Assembly: GCA_050951805.1 (NCBI GenBank)
Contig: JBMNJT010000002.1
Coordinates: 1,216,001-1,280,000, forward strand
Reading direction: 5' to 3'
Length of the DNA stretch: 64,000 nt
From: Bacillota bacterium
Lineage (GTDB): Bacteria; Bacillota; DTU025
The position numbers and the translations under genes were made by a program. This document shows, in pieces, positions 19,954 to 29,592 of the stretch. The notes under the pieces were generated by a model that was given only the letters and a program-made list of their open reading frames with translations, searched no databases and was not told the DNA's origin. How positions within the stretch are numbered: the stretch's first letter is position 1; the number at the start of each line of letters is the position of its first letter.

Positions 19954-20449
19954 GACTCCTTGTCTCTACGGTCTTGGCGTTTACGTGGTGTTCTGCGGGT
20001 TGACAGCGGCGGGGGATGAAGGCCTCCGCAAGCTGTTTCCTTCTCAAACACGCAACGTAATCTATGAAGTAGAAACGCCTGCGTGATTCGTTAATCTAAC
20101 CTTATCCGAATCAGGCAGGCTAAAAAGTAGGCTCTGCTTGTAGAAATCTTAAGAAATACTTACGGACGACTCATTGTTCTGTTAATCTCGGCGGCCGGTG
20201 CATTTGATTGTGCTCAAGGTGGTTTCACCCGATTGGCGAATTGTTATGGGATAAAAGTGTGTGGGGGAAGCCAACACAAGACAGGAAAGCAACATGGGAG
20301 GAGAGATATGAGGAACGAGATGGGTGAGCCGATAGCCAATCACGGGTATGGCTCCGCATGTCTCGCGCAATTCGGATGACATGGCGAATTGCGGCGACGT
20401 GATTCGCGTCGCGAGTGCATGGTGCAGAGCGGGGGCAATTGCATCATGA

Positions 20450-21604
20450 TTATCCAACTGTTCCATCTTGATTCGGGAGCGTAACGGTGAAAACCGTTCG
20501 TTCCTCGTTGCTTGTGGCTGTGATGTTGCCTCCATGTGCAGTAACGATCTTCTTGGCGATGGCAAGGCCCAATCCTGCACCGCCAGAATTCGTAGAACGA
20601 GAGGCATCAAGCCGGAAGAACTGGTCGAAGATCGTCTCTAGCTTGGCGGATGGAATGGGATCGCCTTGATTGGCAAAGACGATGATTACGCTTTGATCTT
20701 CCTGGCGCGCGGAGATGCGGATGATGCTGCCTCGATAGCTGTAGGCGGCGGCGTTCTTGAGGATGTTGTTGAAAACGCGGGCCAACTTGTCTGCATCTCC
20801 CCACAATGTGAGGCCATCAGGTGCATCAACGACCGCTTTCTTGCCCTCGGGCTCCAGCATGGGATAGAATTCATCCGCTACTTGGTTCAACATGAAGGAG
20901 AGGTTTATCTTGCCCTTGTTCAGTACGATGGATTGCAGGTTGAACCTAGTGATCTCGAAGAACTCATCGATCAGCTGCTCCAGCCGGTAGGCCTTTTCCA
21001 AGGTGATGCCCACGTATTTGGCTCTTTGCTCCGGCGGCATGTCGGGGGCTTCATCCAGAAGGCTCAGGTAGCCAATGACGGAGGTGAGAGGCGTTTTGAT
21101 ATCGTGTGCCAGATAGACCACGAGGTCATTCTTGCGTTGCTCCGCTTCCTGCGCATCCCATTTTTGTCTTTCCAGCGTTCCTTTTATCTTGTTCAGCTTT
21201 GTTTCCATGTGTGCTAGTTCAGGTGATAGGATTATGTCGCTGCCGGGTTTGTCAACAAGCTGATCGATCCCGGCACTGATCTCGTCGAAGTATTTGGCAA
21301 ACCATGACAGCGAGAACCTGAGGAAAATCAGTATGAAAACGATGATAGCGATGAACACGTATAGAAGGGCATTGTCGCTGAATACTTCTTGCCAAATGCG
21401 ACCAGCTTCATCGTTGGACAGGTGAAATGCTTTTTCTAGGAAGTTCACAACGTTGGGCCGGAAACGCCACATGGTTAGTAGGCACAGAAAAAACACTACT
21501 GCAACTGCGGAGAGAACAATCAGAAGCATCCTGCGAAAGACTTTCTTCTTTAGTCTTGAGTAGTCGCCTTTGTCCCTTTTCCTATTTCTCAATCTTGTAG
21601 CCAA
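20450..21604 (-). CDS. vanS: Sensor histidine kinase VanS
   Basis: YLAHDIKTPLTSVIGYL, two TMs, GAGLGLAIAK. Confidence 0.9.
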   Translation of the reverse strand: MATRLRNRKRDKGDYSRLKKKVFRRMLLIVLSAVAVVFFLCLLTMWRFRPNVVNFLEKAFHLSNDEAGRIWQEVFSDNALLYVFIAIIVFILIFLRFSLSWFAKYFDEISAGIDQLVDKPGSDIILSPELAHMETKLNKIKGTLERQKWDAQEAEQRKNDLVVYLAHDIKTPLTSVIGYLSLLDEAPDMPPEQRAKYVGITLEKAYRLEQLIDEFFEITRFNLQSIVLNKGKINLSFMLNQVADEFYPMLEPEGKKAVVDAPDGLTLWGDADKLARVFNNILKNAAAYSYRGSIIRISARQEDQSVIIVFANQGDPIPSAKLETIFDQFFRLDASRSTNSGGAGLGLAIAKKIVTAHGGNITATSNEERTVFTVTLPNQDGTVG

Positions 21605-22277
21605 CTCCCCATACCGTCTTTATGTATTTGGGATTTTCCGCAGAATCGTTCATCTTCTCCCTCAGATGGCGGATGTGCACCATGACCGTGTTGTTACTAG
21701 TAAAATACTTCTCACCCCATACCTCGCGGAACAACTCTTCGGAACTGACCACGCGGCCCCGATTGGATGCCAACATCCACAGGATGTCAAATTCTGTCGG
21801 GGTTAGGGATAACGGCCTCTCGTTGAGCGTGCATTCATGGGCATCCTTGTCAATGACCAAGCCTGCAGACGCGATCACATTCTCCTCATCAGCTGGTTCA
21901 GAGGGATTGTACCTTGTGTACCTGCGAAGCTGCGCCTTAACTCGGGCCACCATCTCGAGCGGTCGGAATGGTTTTGTAATATAATCGTCTGCGCCCAGTG
22001 TGAGGCCTGTGATCTTGTCGATCTCCTCATCCTTCGCCGTGAGCATGATGATAGGGAAGTTGTGTTTCTCCCGGATCTTTTGGCAGATCTCAAACCCGGT
22101 CATGTCGGGGAGCATCACGTCCAGGATTGCCAGATCCAGTGGTTCACTTTCTACAAGGGCTAAGGCATCCTGCCCGTTATGGGACTTGAAAACAATGTAG
22201 TTCTCGTTTCTTAAGTACAGTTCAATCAAGTCTGCGATGGCTTTCTCATCATCAACAACTAGTATACGGTCATTCAT
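21582..22277 (-). CDS. vanR: Response regulator VanR (OmpR family)
   Basis: ILVVDDE, GADDYITKPF, NTVMVHIRHLREK, KTVWGVGY. Confidence 0.92.
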   Translation of the reverse strand: MNDRILVVDDEKAIADLIELYLRNENYIVFKSHNGQDALALVESEPLDLAILDVMLPDMTGFEICQKIREKHNFPIIMLTAKDEEIDKITGLTLGADDYITKPFRPLEMVARVKAQLRRYTRYNPSEPADEENVIASAGLVIDKDAHECTLNERPLSLTPTEFDILWMLASNRGRVVSSEELFREVWGEKYFTSNNTVMVHIRHLREKMNDSAENPKYIKTVWGVGYKIEK

Positions 22278-22670
22278 CAAACATCACGCTACGGAGATTC
22301 CCCTTCAGGTGTGGGGAGGAAGTAGCGTTCCCCCTCCTTTCGCACAGCACTGTGCTTGCAGCTTCCTTTGAACATATCTGGACGCTTTGTTGGCTACTCC
22401 TTGTGCACTTGCCTGATTCGGTTCTTAGCTTGTTTCGAGAGATCCCAAGTGCCCGGCTCTACCGTTGAGTTGCCACTTGCATCTGTACGATGGAATTTCC
22501 CAAGCCTTGCACATGTGTTTGCCTGCTCGGTGATGTACCCATGAGTTACGCCAACATTCGGGTGTGCTTTTCGTGACCGAAATCCCAACGCATTATCCCC
22601 AAGAACACCGCAACGGAAAGGTCAGCGGGGGCTCTTGCAAGCCCCTACCTTTAGGCTTGGAGTGGTTGAT
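22278..22670 (-). mobile_element. Second non-autonomous IscB-type IS200/IS605 element (PATE-like)
   Basis: Minus strand begins ATCAACCACTCCAAGCCTAAAGGTAGGGGCTTGCAAGAGCCC; iscB remnants FLGIMRW, VTHGYIT..GKFHRTDA, RQVHK; 3' hairpin homologous to 1147-1219; abuts ATGAA of vanR. Confidence 0.8.
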
Positions 22671-23292
22671 CGTCCTCAATTCATTATACCTTTCCTGACG
22701 GGCCTGTGCCCTACGACATCATCTACATCCTGGATCCGAGATGAGATGCTCGATCCGTGGATAATCCGTGTGACGGCTGCGGATTGTGGGTCGCAGGACA
22801 GACTGACAATGGCGAAGCTGTCTCTAGTGCCATGAATTAACCTGATGATTCGAAGAAGGGCTGTTGCCTTACCGAAGCGAAGACAGATGGAGGCTCTGAA
22901 GGAGATTGTATTTTGAGGAGTGGGAGAGGGCTGAGTCAACCGGCGCAAGCTTGTCAGTGATCAACAGAGCTTCTGGGGAAATCGAGACGGACTGGTACAG
23001 CCGCCTCACAGGAGTGGAGTTGGAGCAGGCAAGATAAGAATGGGGGAGGGGCACGTAGTATTCGCAAAGAAGAGGGCCTTATGGCATTAGTTGTCATGGC
23101 TAGAGCAAGTTCATGTCCAATGTGTTAGTGCCTACAGCTTCTTTCTTTGAATCGCAGAGCCCTTGCTTTGGGAAACCTAGCTGCTATCCCACAGCAATGG
23201 CGAGGAAGCTTGGTTTGACTGTAGCTATCCGCATTCATGAGCACTTGCAAGCATTTGGAAATGTCAATATCTTAAGTGGTGAGGTGAAAAAC

Positions 23293-24135
23293 GTGGATCT
23301 CCTGCCGATTGGCAAGATGGCAGCTTTGAATCACACTTCAGTTCAGACTTTGAGGTATTATGACAAGATCGATTTGCTGAAACCGTTATATGTTAATCAG
23401 GATACAAACTACAGATACTACGATATCAAGCAGAGCGCCATACTAGATATGATTGGGTATATGAAGTCTTTGGGAATGTCCTTGGAGCAGATAAAGGAGC
23501 AATTTGATAAGGAAGATATTGAGGCGATCAAGGATATTCTCGAGCGGCAGAGCAAGAACATCGATGAGGAGATCAGGAAGCTGCATCATATGAAAAAAGG
23601 CGTAGAGGCTTGCATACGGAATTACGATAGGTATTTGCAGATGCCCCAGGAGGGCGAGATAACCTTCGAGTTCATACCGGATAGAAAAATCTTCTGCTAC
23701 GACGGGAAAGTAAATATCTACGACCACGGGCTCGACAATTACGAATACATCCTGAGAGAGCTAAAGAAACAGGTAATCATCGAAGATCTGCCCATGGTTT
23801 ACTTTTGCAACGTAGGATCTATATTGCGAAAAGAGATGATTGATGCAGGCAGATTCGTCTCTTCAGAGATATTCGTGTTTGTCGACAACGACTTTGAGGA
23901 GCAAGAGGGCATAGAGATAATACCTGCAGGAGATTACGTGTGCATACATTTTCACAGCTTTTGGAACGAAAAGGCGAACGCCCGAAAGCTGTTTCATTTC
24001 ATACATGAAAACGGATACGAGATAGTGGGAGACTACATATGTGAAGTAGTCGCGGAACTACCGATCTTTGACAATAACGAACGAAATATGTTTGTTAAGC
24101 TGCAAATACCGATACAAGCCCCAAGAGATGGTTGA
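23293..24135 (+). CDS. MerR-family regulator with GyrI-like effector domain
   Basis: IGKMAA..TLRYYDKIDLLKP..YRYY; BmrR-like C-terminus; GTG start after GAGGTG. Confidence 0.88.
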   Translation: MDLLPIGKMAALNHTSVQTLRYYDKIDLLKPLYVNQDTNYRYYDIKQSAILDMIGYMKSLGMSLEQIKEQFDKEDIEAIKDILERQSKNIDEEIRKLHHMKKGVEACIRNYDRYLQMPQEGEITFEFIPDRKIFCYDGKVNIYDHGLDNYEYILRELKKQVIIEDLPMVYFCNVGSILRKEMIDAGRFVSSEIFVFVDNDFEEQEGIEIIPAGDYVCIHFHSFWNEKANARKLFHFIHENGYEIVGDYICEVVAELPIFDNNERNMFVKLQIPIQAPRDG

Positions 24136-24162
24136 CTCTATTCGTACAATAGAGATTACACT
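24132..24162 (+). promoter_or_regulatory. MerR-type promoter with 19-bp spacer and dyad operator
   Basis: TTGACT-N19-TACACT with CTCTATT/AATAGAG inverted repeat. Confidence 0.8.
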
Positions 24163-24235
24163 TGAGTCGAAGACCAACAACAGGGAAGGGACAACGCACG
24201 AACGTCCTATCAAAAAGCGCAAGGGGGATGGTGTA

Positions 24236-25264
24236 GTGAGAGAGAAGATTAGAGTCATCCAGTACGGTTGCGGTAAGATGGGCAAGTATTTTCTACGGTA
24301 TCTGTATGAGAAGGGCGCAGAAATAGTTGGCGCAATCGATCTCGACCCTGCACTTGAAGGCAAAGATGTTGGCGAAGTTGCGGGACTCGGGTTCAAGATC
24401 AACGTGCCGATCAGTTCGAATGCTGAGAAGGTTTTCGGTGAATGTGATGCGGATGTGTGCGTAATCGCAACTAGAAGCCTGATGCCTGATGTGTATGATG
24501 CCTTTGCTCTTGCTGCAAAGCACGGGGTTAACGCAATTAGCACCTGCGAAGAGGCCTTCTATCCGTGGAATACTTCACCAGCGTTGACCAATCGTTTGGA
24601 TCGATTGGCTAAGGACAACAACTGCACTCTGGCGGGATCAGGGTATCAGGATGTGTTCTGGGGCAACCTGATCACGACACTGGCAGGCTCTAGCCACAGA
24701 ATTGAAAGAATAGAGGGCGTCTCCAGCTATAACGTGGAAGATTACGGAATCGCCTTGGCGGAAGTCCATGGAGCCGGACTTAGCCTTGAGGAATTCGATA
24801 AGCAGATTGCTCAAAGCGACTCCTTGCCGTCCTTTATGTGGAATGCAAATGAGTGGCTGTGCTCGCAGTTCGGATGGTCCATCAAATCGACTGAGCAGAA
24901 GCTGGTGCCAACAACCCACGACAAGGATATCAAGTCAGAGACGCTAGGCAAGGTAATTCCTGCAGGCCATGCCACAGGCATGTCTGCGATTGTGACTACG
25001 GTAACGAACCAAGGGCCTATCATAATCTCTGAGTGCATCGGGAAAGTCTATGCGGAAGGCGAATTTGATAGGAACGATTGGTCTATCATTGGAGAACCAA
25101 ATACAGTAGTCAAAATCGCCCGTCCGGCCACTGTGGAACTGACATGCGCAACTGTTGTGAACCGTATACCACAGCTATTGCAAGCTCCTCCGGGATACTA
25201 TACGACCGACAAAATGCCGCCGGCACGGTACATAAGTTATCCGTTGCATTTCTACGTTAAGTAG
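24236..25264 (+). CDS. 2,4-diaminopentanoate dehydrogenase / native amine dehydrogenase family protein
   Basis: QYGCGKMG Rossmann motif, STCEEAFYPW, TCATVVNRIP. Confidence 0.75.
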   Translation: MREKIRVIQYGCGKMGKYFLRYLYEKGAEIVGAIDLDPALEGKDVGEVAGLGFKINVPISSNAEKVFGECDADVCVIATRSLMPDVYDAFALAAKHGVNAISTCEEAFYPWNTSPALTNRLDRLAKDNNCTLAGSGYQDVFWGNLITTLAGSSHRIERIEGVSSYNVEDYGIALAEVHGAGLSLEEFDKQIAQSDSLPSFMWNANEWLCSQFGWSIKSTEQKLVPTTHDKDIKSETLGKVIPAGHATGMSAIVTTVTNQGPIIISECIGKVYAEGEFDRNDWSIIGEPNTVVKIARPATVELTCATVVNRIPQLLQAPPGYYTTDKMPPARYISYPLHFYVK

Positions 25265-25289
25265 TAAAGATCAGGCAAGAAGGGGAAAG

Positions 25290-25329
25290 ATGCCGGTTGG
25301 GGTAGACACTTACCCTAGCCGGCATTTTC
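25290..25329 (+). terminator. Probable intrinsic terminator
   Basis: ATGCCGGTTGGGGTA..TACCCTAGCCGGCAT + TTTT. Confidence 0.55.
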
Positions 25330-25552
25330 ATGATGTGCATAGCACGGACGCCGATCGAATGGAGGTTCTTAGACGCACAGATCTTCATGTGCTAGTGGCT
25401 GGTGACATATGGCCCTTGCTCGTAGACCCGTTGCTTTTTCTGTGAGGAATCTTCATGGCTCAAAAAGAGATTCTCAAATGGCCATTGACAACCTTTGGCA
25501 AGCGCTCTCGGAGTGGATAAGATCAGACCTTACTGAGGAAATCTATGGCGTG

Positions 25553-27147
25553 TGTCAACCGACTGTGAAAATGTCACCCCTTTTGGGGGTTAATCCGACT
25601 GAGAAAATGTCACCCCTGTGGTTGTGTTCCGCTGGCGACCCGCGCATTATGCTCAGGCTCGCGGCCGAGTCAAGGATCGGCCTGCGGCCTGCTTTGCTCC
25701 TTGACTCGGCCTCTGCGCCTGATTGAGATTAGGGTGCCGCCAGCGGGAAACTGTTGTTTTGTCTGTTTTTGGTCTGGGTCGCCTCGCGTGCTTGCTGAAT
25801 GTGTTGTTGACGCTCGTAGCTCGCACGTTTCCATGGATGATCATCCGGGGGCTTCCATGGCATCCTCGGGGCTTTAGGCTCTTGGGCTGCAGCCGAGGTT
25901 GAGTCTTCGATTGCCGGTGTGGAGTTGAACTCGGCTAGGCTGTAGCATTTTCCCTTGTAGAGTGCGTTGATTGACCCGTCCATGTGCGTAAGCACGAAAA
26001 CGGGATCCTTCCTGGCCAATCCGACAACGTGGCCGTATGCATCCAGAAGACGGAACTTGGTGCCATGGTAGGATATGAGTGATCCTCCCAGCCCTTGACG
26101 AGATTCCCTGATCGAAAGAATCATGTCGAGATCCATGTCGGGAGTCAGAAGACGAAAAGCGGGTGTCTCATCAGCTGCGGGAACGGCAAAACGGGCGTTG
26201 TACCTAGGAATATATCCGGGAAGGAACTGATTTGCCTGTTCGATTGTATTGATTCCGGCAAGGCGCATCTCAATAGGCAGCCTTCCCTGAAGCGTCTCCC
26301 ATGCGCGCTCAATACGGCCCTTTGCTTGAGGCGAATGCGCTGGTATGTGAGTGATCTGTAGTTCATCGAGAATGCGGCCTATCTGGGTAAGATTAACCCG
26401 CTTTCCCTGGAGTTGTTCTTCGATGGTGAGCTTGTCCATCTTGGGCGAGAAAAACATGGTATGGCGGTCAGAATACAAGCACAGCGGTATGCCGTTGTTC
26501 TCGAGCACCTGACGGAACACATGGAGGTATCCTATGATGTCTTCCTGAGGCCTGAAATACAGGCCCAGGATGGCTCCGGTGGCATCATCGATGATCCCAT
26601 GAAGCGACATAGCTGGGCCTCTTCCTTCGAGCCAGTCATAGGGACTGGCATCGCATTGGAGCAAGATCCCCGATTGGGGTTTTCGCTCTCGCATGCGTCT
26701 GTGGCGCGGGGCTCTTTTGGTGGAGCACACTATCCCGGCCCTCTTAAGCAATCGTTGTACAGTGCGTGGACTCACCGAGATCTGATAGCCCTCTGCCATG
26801 AGCTCGGACATATGGGTGCAATTTGCGTCTTTCAGGTCGGTCTGAGCTAGCTCGATGATGCGTGCCGCGATTGATGGGTCTAAAGCATGCTTGGGCTTGC
26901 GTCCGGCATTGCCATGCCCTAGGGCCTGGATTCCGTTACTCTGCATCTCCTTTTTGATCCGTTTGATCTGGCGGACACTTAATCCAAGCATGTTGGCAGC
27001 CTGCGCGTTTGTGATTTGCCCGGCGGCAAGCTGATCCATTACGAAGACCCTCTTCCGTAATTTTTCCGTCAAGATGATGTCCCCCTTGTTCATGGGTGAC
27101 ATTATCTCAGACGCGTTATGGGGTGACAATATCACAGACGCGTAACA
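25553..27147 (-). mobile_element. IS1202/ISNCY-like insertion sequence with 16-bp target duplication
   Basis: TGT..ACA ends with doubled subterminal repeats (AAAATGTCACCC / ATAATGTCACCC); GGAAATCTATGGCGTG at 25537-25552 and 27148-27163. Confidence 0.88.
25729..27093 (-). CDS. rve-type DDE transposase (ISNCY/IS1202)
   Basis: HTH, QCDASPYDW, IDDATG, YSDRH, PQAKGRIER. Confidence 0.92.
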   Translation of the reverse strand: MNKGDIILTEKLRKRVFVMDQLAAGQITNAQAANMLGLSVRQIKRIKKEMQSNGIQALGHGNAGRKPKHALDPSIAARIIELAQTDLKDANCTHMSELMAEGYQISVSPRTVQRLLKRAGIVCSTKRAPRHRRMRERKPQSGILLQCDASPYDWLEGRGPAMSLHGIIDDATGAILGLYFRPQEDIIGYLHVFRQVLENNGIPLCLYSDRHTMFFSPKMDKLTIEEQLQGKRVNLTQIGRILDELQITHIPAHSPQAKGRIERAWETLQGRLPIEMRLAGINTIEQANQFLPGYIPRYNARFAVPAADETPAFRLLTPDMDLDMILSIRESRQGLGGSLISYHGTKFRLLDAYGHVVGLARKDPVFVLTHMDGSINALYKGKCYSLAEFNSTPAIEDSTSAAAQEPKAPRMPWKPPDDHPWKRASYERQQHIQQAREATQTKNRQNNSFPLAAP

Positions 27148-27164
27148 GGAAATCTATGGCGTGT

Positions 27165-27193
27165 TGCCTACGGGCTGAATGTCTGATATAATA
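27165..27193 (+). promoter_or_regulatory. sigmaA promoter of tRNA-Pro
   Basis: TTGCCT-N17-TATAAT. Confidence 0.6.
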
Positions 27194-27209
27194 AAGCCTG
27201 CAAAAAGAT

Positions 27210-27287
27210 CGGGGCGTGGCGCAGTTTGGCTAGCGCGCTTGCTTGGGGTGCAAGAGGTCGGGAGTTCAAATCTCCCCGCTCCGACCA
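27210..27287 (+). tRNA. tRNA-Pro(GGG)
   Basis: Cloverleaf, anticodon arm CTTGC-TTGGGGT-GCAAG, GTTCAAATC, CCA end. Confidence 0.95.
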
Positions 27288-27295
27288 TTGAGTTT

Positions 27296-27325
27296 AGCCC
27301 CGAAACGGAGGTTTCGGGGTTTTTT
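27296..27325 (+). terminator. Intrinsic terminator after tRNA-Pro
   Basis: CCCCGAAAC-GGAG-GTTTCGGGG + T-run. Confidence 0.8.
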
Positions 27326-27359
27326 CGACTCTAGAAGCTGTATCAGGAGGTGTAGCCAA

Positions 27360-28241
27360 TTGGACCTGATTGCCACTCCCGTTGAGGCTCTCAAGGATAG
27401 ACTCGAACTGACTGCCAGGCGGTTTCGCAGGAGAATGGAAGGGCTCGACCGGAAGTCTGTCGGGATTGCGCTCGGAAGTGGAGCAGCGCGCGGGATGGCC
27501 CATATTGGTGTGCTCGAGGTCCTTTTTCACGAAGGTATTCACATAGACGTCGTCGTGGGATGTAGCATGGGCGCCGTTGTGGGTGGGTGCTATGCCTCTG
27601 GCATGGAAGCTGAAGCCATCGAAGAGGTGGCTGTTTCCATTAACAAGCTGGACGTGGCTCGCCATGTTGACCTTGTTTCTCCAACTAGTGGAGGACTGAT
27701 GGCTGGCTCGAAGTTGAGCGCGCTGTTGAAAGAGCTCACTGGGGAGAAAACCTTCGACGAGCTGAGATTCCCTTTTGCATGTGTTGCTGCAGACATACTA
27801 ACCGGTGATGAGGTGCCGATCGATGATGGATACGTCTATGAAGCAATGAGGGCTTCGTCCTCTATACCGGGCGTATTTCAACCTGTCGTCCATGGGAAAC
27901 GTGTACTGGTTGACGGCGGAATACTCAATCCTGTGCCCGCCAACTATCTTCGCGCCCTTGGGGTCGACCTCGCTATTGCAGTGGACGTAATGCCCGTGTT
28001 GAGGCCATCCGAGGAACAGCTTGGCCGTGTTCCGTCAATACCTTCAACCCTAATAAACTCCTTTGACATCATGGGAAGGCTCGTTGCAGCGCCCCTCACA
28101 CGCCTTGCGGATGTAGTTATCAAGCCCGACGTGGGTGAGGTCTTCGGCGCTGAATTATGGAGGGCCCCGGAGCTCATTGAGAAAGGGCGGGAGGCTGCAA
28201 AGGCAGCCATCCCGGCAATATGCAAGGCTTTGAAAGTCTGA
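27360..28241 (+). CDS. Patatin-like phospholipase (RssA/NTE family)
   Basis: LGSGAARGMAH, GCSMG, LVDGG; TTG start after AGGAGG. Confidence 0.9.
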   Translation: MDLIATPVEALKDRLELTARRFRRRMEGLDRKSVGIALGSGAARGMAHIGVLEVLFHEGIHIDVVVGCSMGAVVGGCYASGMEAEAIEEVAVSINKLDVARHVDLVSPTSGGLMAGSKLSALLKELTGEKTFDELRFPFACVAADILTGDEVPIDDGYVYEAMRASSSIPGVFQPVVHGKRVLVDGGILNPVPANYLRALGVDLAIAVDVMPVLRPSEEQLGRVPSIPSTLINSFDIMGRLVAAPLTRLADVVIKPDVGEVFGAELWRAPELIEKGREAAKAAIPAICKALKV

Positions 28242-28307
28242 ACTGTCATGAACCTGCCACTTGCCGACTATCGTATTGTGATAAGGCAAGCCGGAGGTGA
28301 ATGTAGC

Positions 28308-29234
28308 GTGGAATATGATTCCATCAACGTCGATATGTCTCAGGCGTGGGCTGGAGGATCGTTTTCGGAGCGGGAAACCATGGGTGTCATGGAGGAGATG
28401 CGGTTCTGGCTCCGCATAATGTCGGATCACGCCAAACTGATTAGAAACGGATTCGATCTAGCGGAAGAAGAGCTATTCCGCTTTGCGGACGCTTTGGCAG
28501 AAAACCTAGATGGAATGTTAGCTCGGGTTCAGTCTGTAAATCCTCCATTTTCGCCCGGCGAAGTTCAATCCTTCATAGCTGAGTCAAATGCCGTTGTTGT
28601 GCCCCTCAGGGAGTTCAAGGCCGACCTGGAAGTGGCAATCCGGGAGTGCCGAGTGATGACCGATCGTCCAGCAGAGCTTATTGACCACGTAAGGAGAGAA
28701 GCTGAATTCTTCCTCGGGATTATAAACGGTTTGGTTGGCGGCCCGATTCCCACTAGGTGCAATCTAAAGATTCCTACCCCGCCGGGGAAGGAGAGCGAGC
28801 CTGCAGCGCTTGCGCCGCGCAGCCTCATATCATGCATGGGACAATTTGCACAGTCGATCCTCCTCGACGGTATTCTGTTCTTCACGCACATCAACGGGGA
28901 ACATGCCCAGGTTCTGTCCATTTACTTCAGGCCTGAAATCCAAGAGGAACTGGCGGAAACGACCAAGGGTTACGGGAACAGACTTCTATGTCTGCTAGAT
29001 GAGATGACAGGCAAGATCGTGCAGGGTTCGAGTTTTCAGGAGATGAAAGATGTGGTGACTCGGATCAGGGAAGCTACGATACCCTGGCTCGAGCATCTTC
29101 GGACTCTCAAGACTAAGATCGGTTCCTGCAGCGTGCCAACGGGTCAGGTCAACTTCCCGTATTCTCTGCTCGATCATATGGAACGTGAAGGCATGTATTC
29201 GATTGAATTGCTCGATATGGCTCTGAACATGTAA
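28308..29234 (+). CDS. DUF2935-domain protein
   Basis: FWLRIMSDHA, IDHVRREAEFF, second repeat EHA / LDHMERE. Confidence 0.75.
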   Translation: MEYDSINVDMSQAWAGGSFSERETMGVMEEMRFWLRIMSDHAKLIRNGFDLAEEELFRFADALAENLDGMLARVQSVNPPFSPGEVQSFIAESNAVVVPLREFKADLEVAIRECRVMTDRPAELIDHVRREAEFFLGIINGLVGGPIPTRCNLKIPTPPGKESEPAALAPRSLISCMGQFAQSILLDGILFFTHINGEHAQVLSIYFRPEIQEELAETTKGYGNRLLCLLDEMTGKIVQGSSFQEMKDVVTRIREATIPWLEHLRTLKTKIGSCSVPTGQVNFPYSLLDHMEREGMYSIELLDMALNM

Positions 29235-29592
29235 TTCTATTGCTAATGCTGATAGAATCCGCGCGTGGGGGCCGACGAGGCCCCTCGCGCGTTTACTGGG
29301 TTGCTCACCTTATGGTAACCAAGAGGAACATCGCGGCGCACAGGATTTGTCTGGCGGTCTACAGTTGCGTAGCCGTATTGGGCCTAGTCGTCTGCATTAT
29401 GCACGTGCCTTGGTAGGTCGGCAGGAATGGGTCAGCAGTTGCCGACACCGCTAGGGTGTTGATGGTCTTTCCGACTCAACTGCGCAAAGCGGAGCAAGCC
29501 GGCTCTGTTGCAGTCGCATGTGGATAGGCCCGCGCAAGGCGGGCCCAACGAGCGATTTGCCCTAGCACGGGCGCATGGTCCCTATTACGGCT

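Noticed and set aside
22278-22670. Functional stand-alone omega-RNA guide locus
   Set aside because: Only the first hairpin survives before the sequence jumps into iscB coding remnants; the scaffold core appears deleted in both copies.
22700-23280. Possible gene or MITE remnant between the van cluster and merR
   Set aside because: Only weak imperfect inverted repeats and unrecognisable short frames; not supportable without a search.
25553-25620. Short direct repeats resembling a CRISPR array or iterons
   Set aside because: Only two units, mirrored at the other IS end; they are transposase-binding repeats. No CRISPR array or cas gene was seen in the window.
15780-27287. tRNA-Pro-anchored integrative island containing van and MerR genes
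   Set aside because: No integrase, no duplicated tRNA 3' end seen, and the accessory genes lie on the 5' side of the tRNA.
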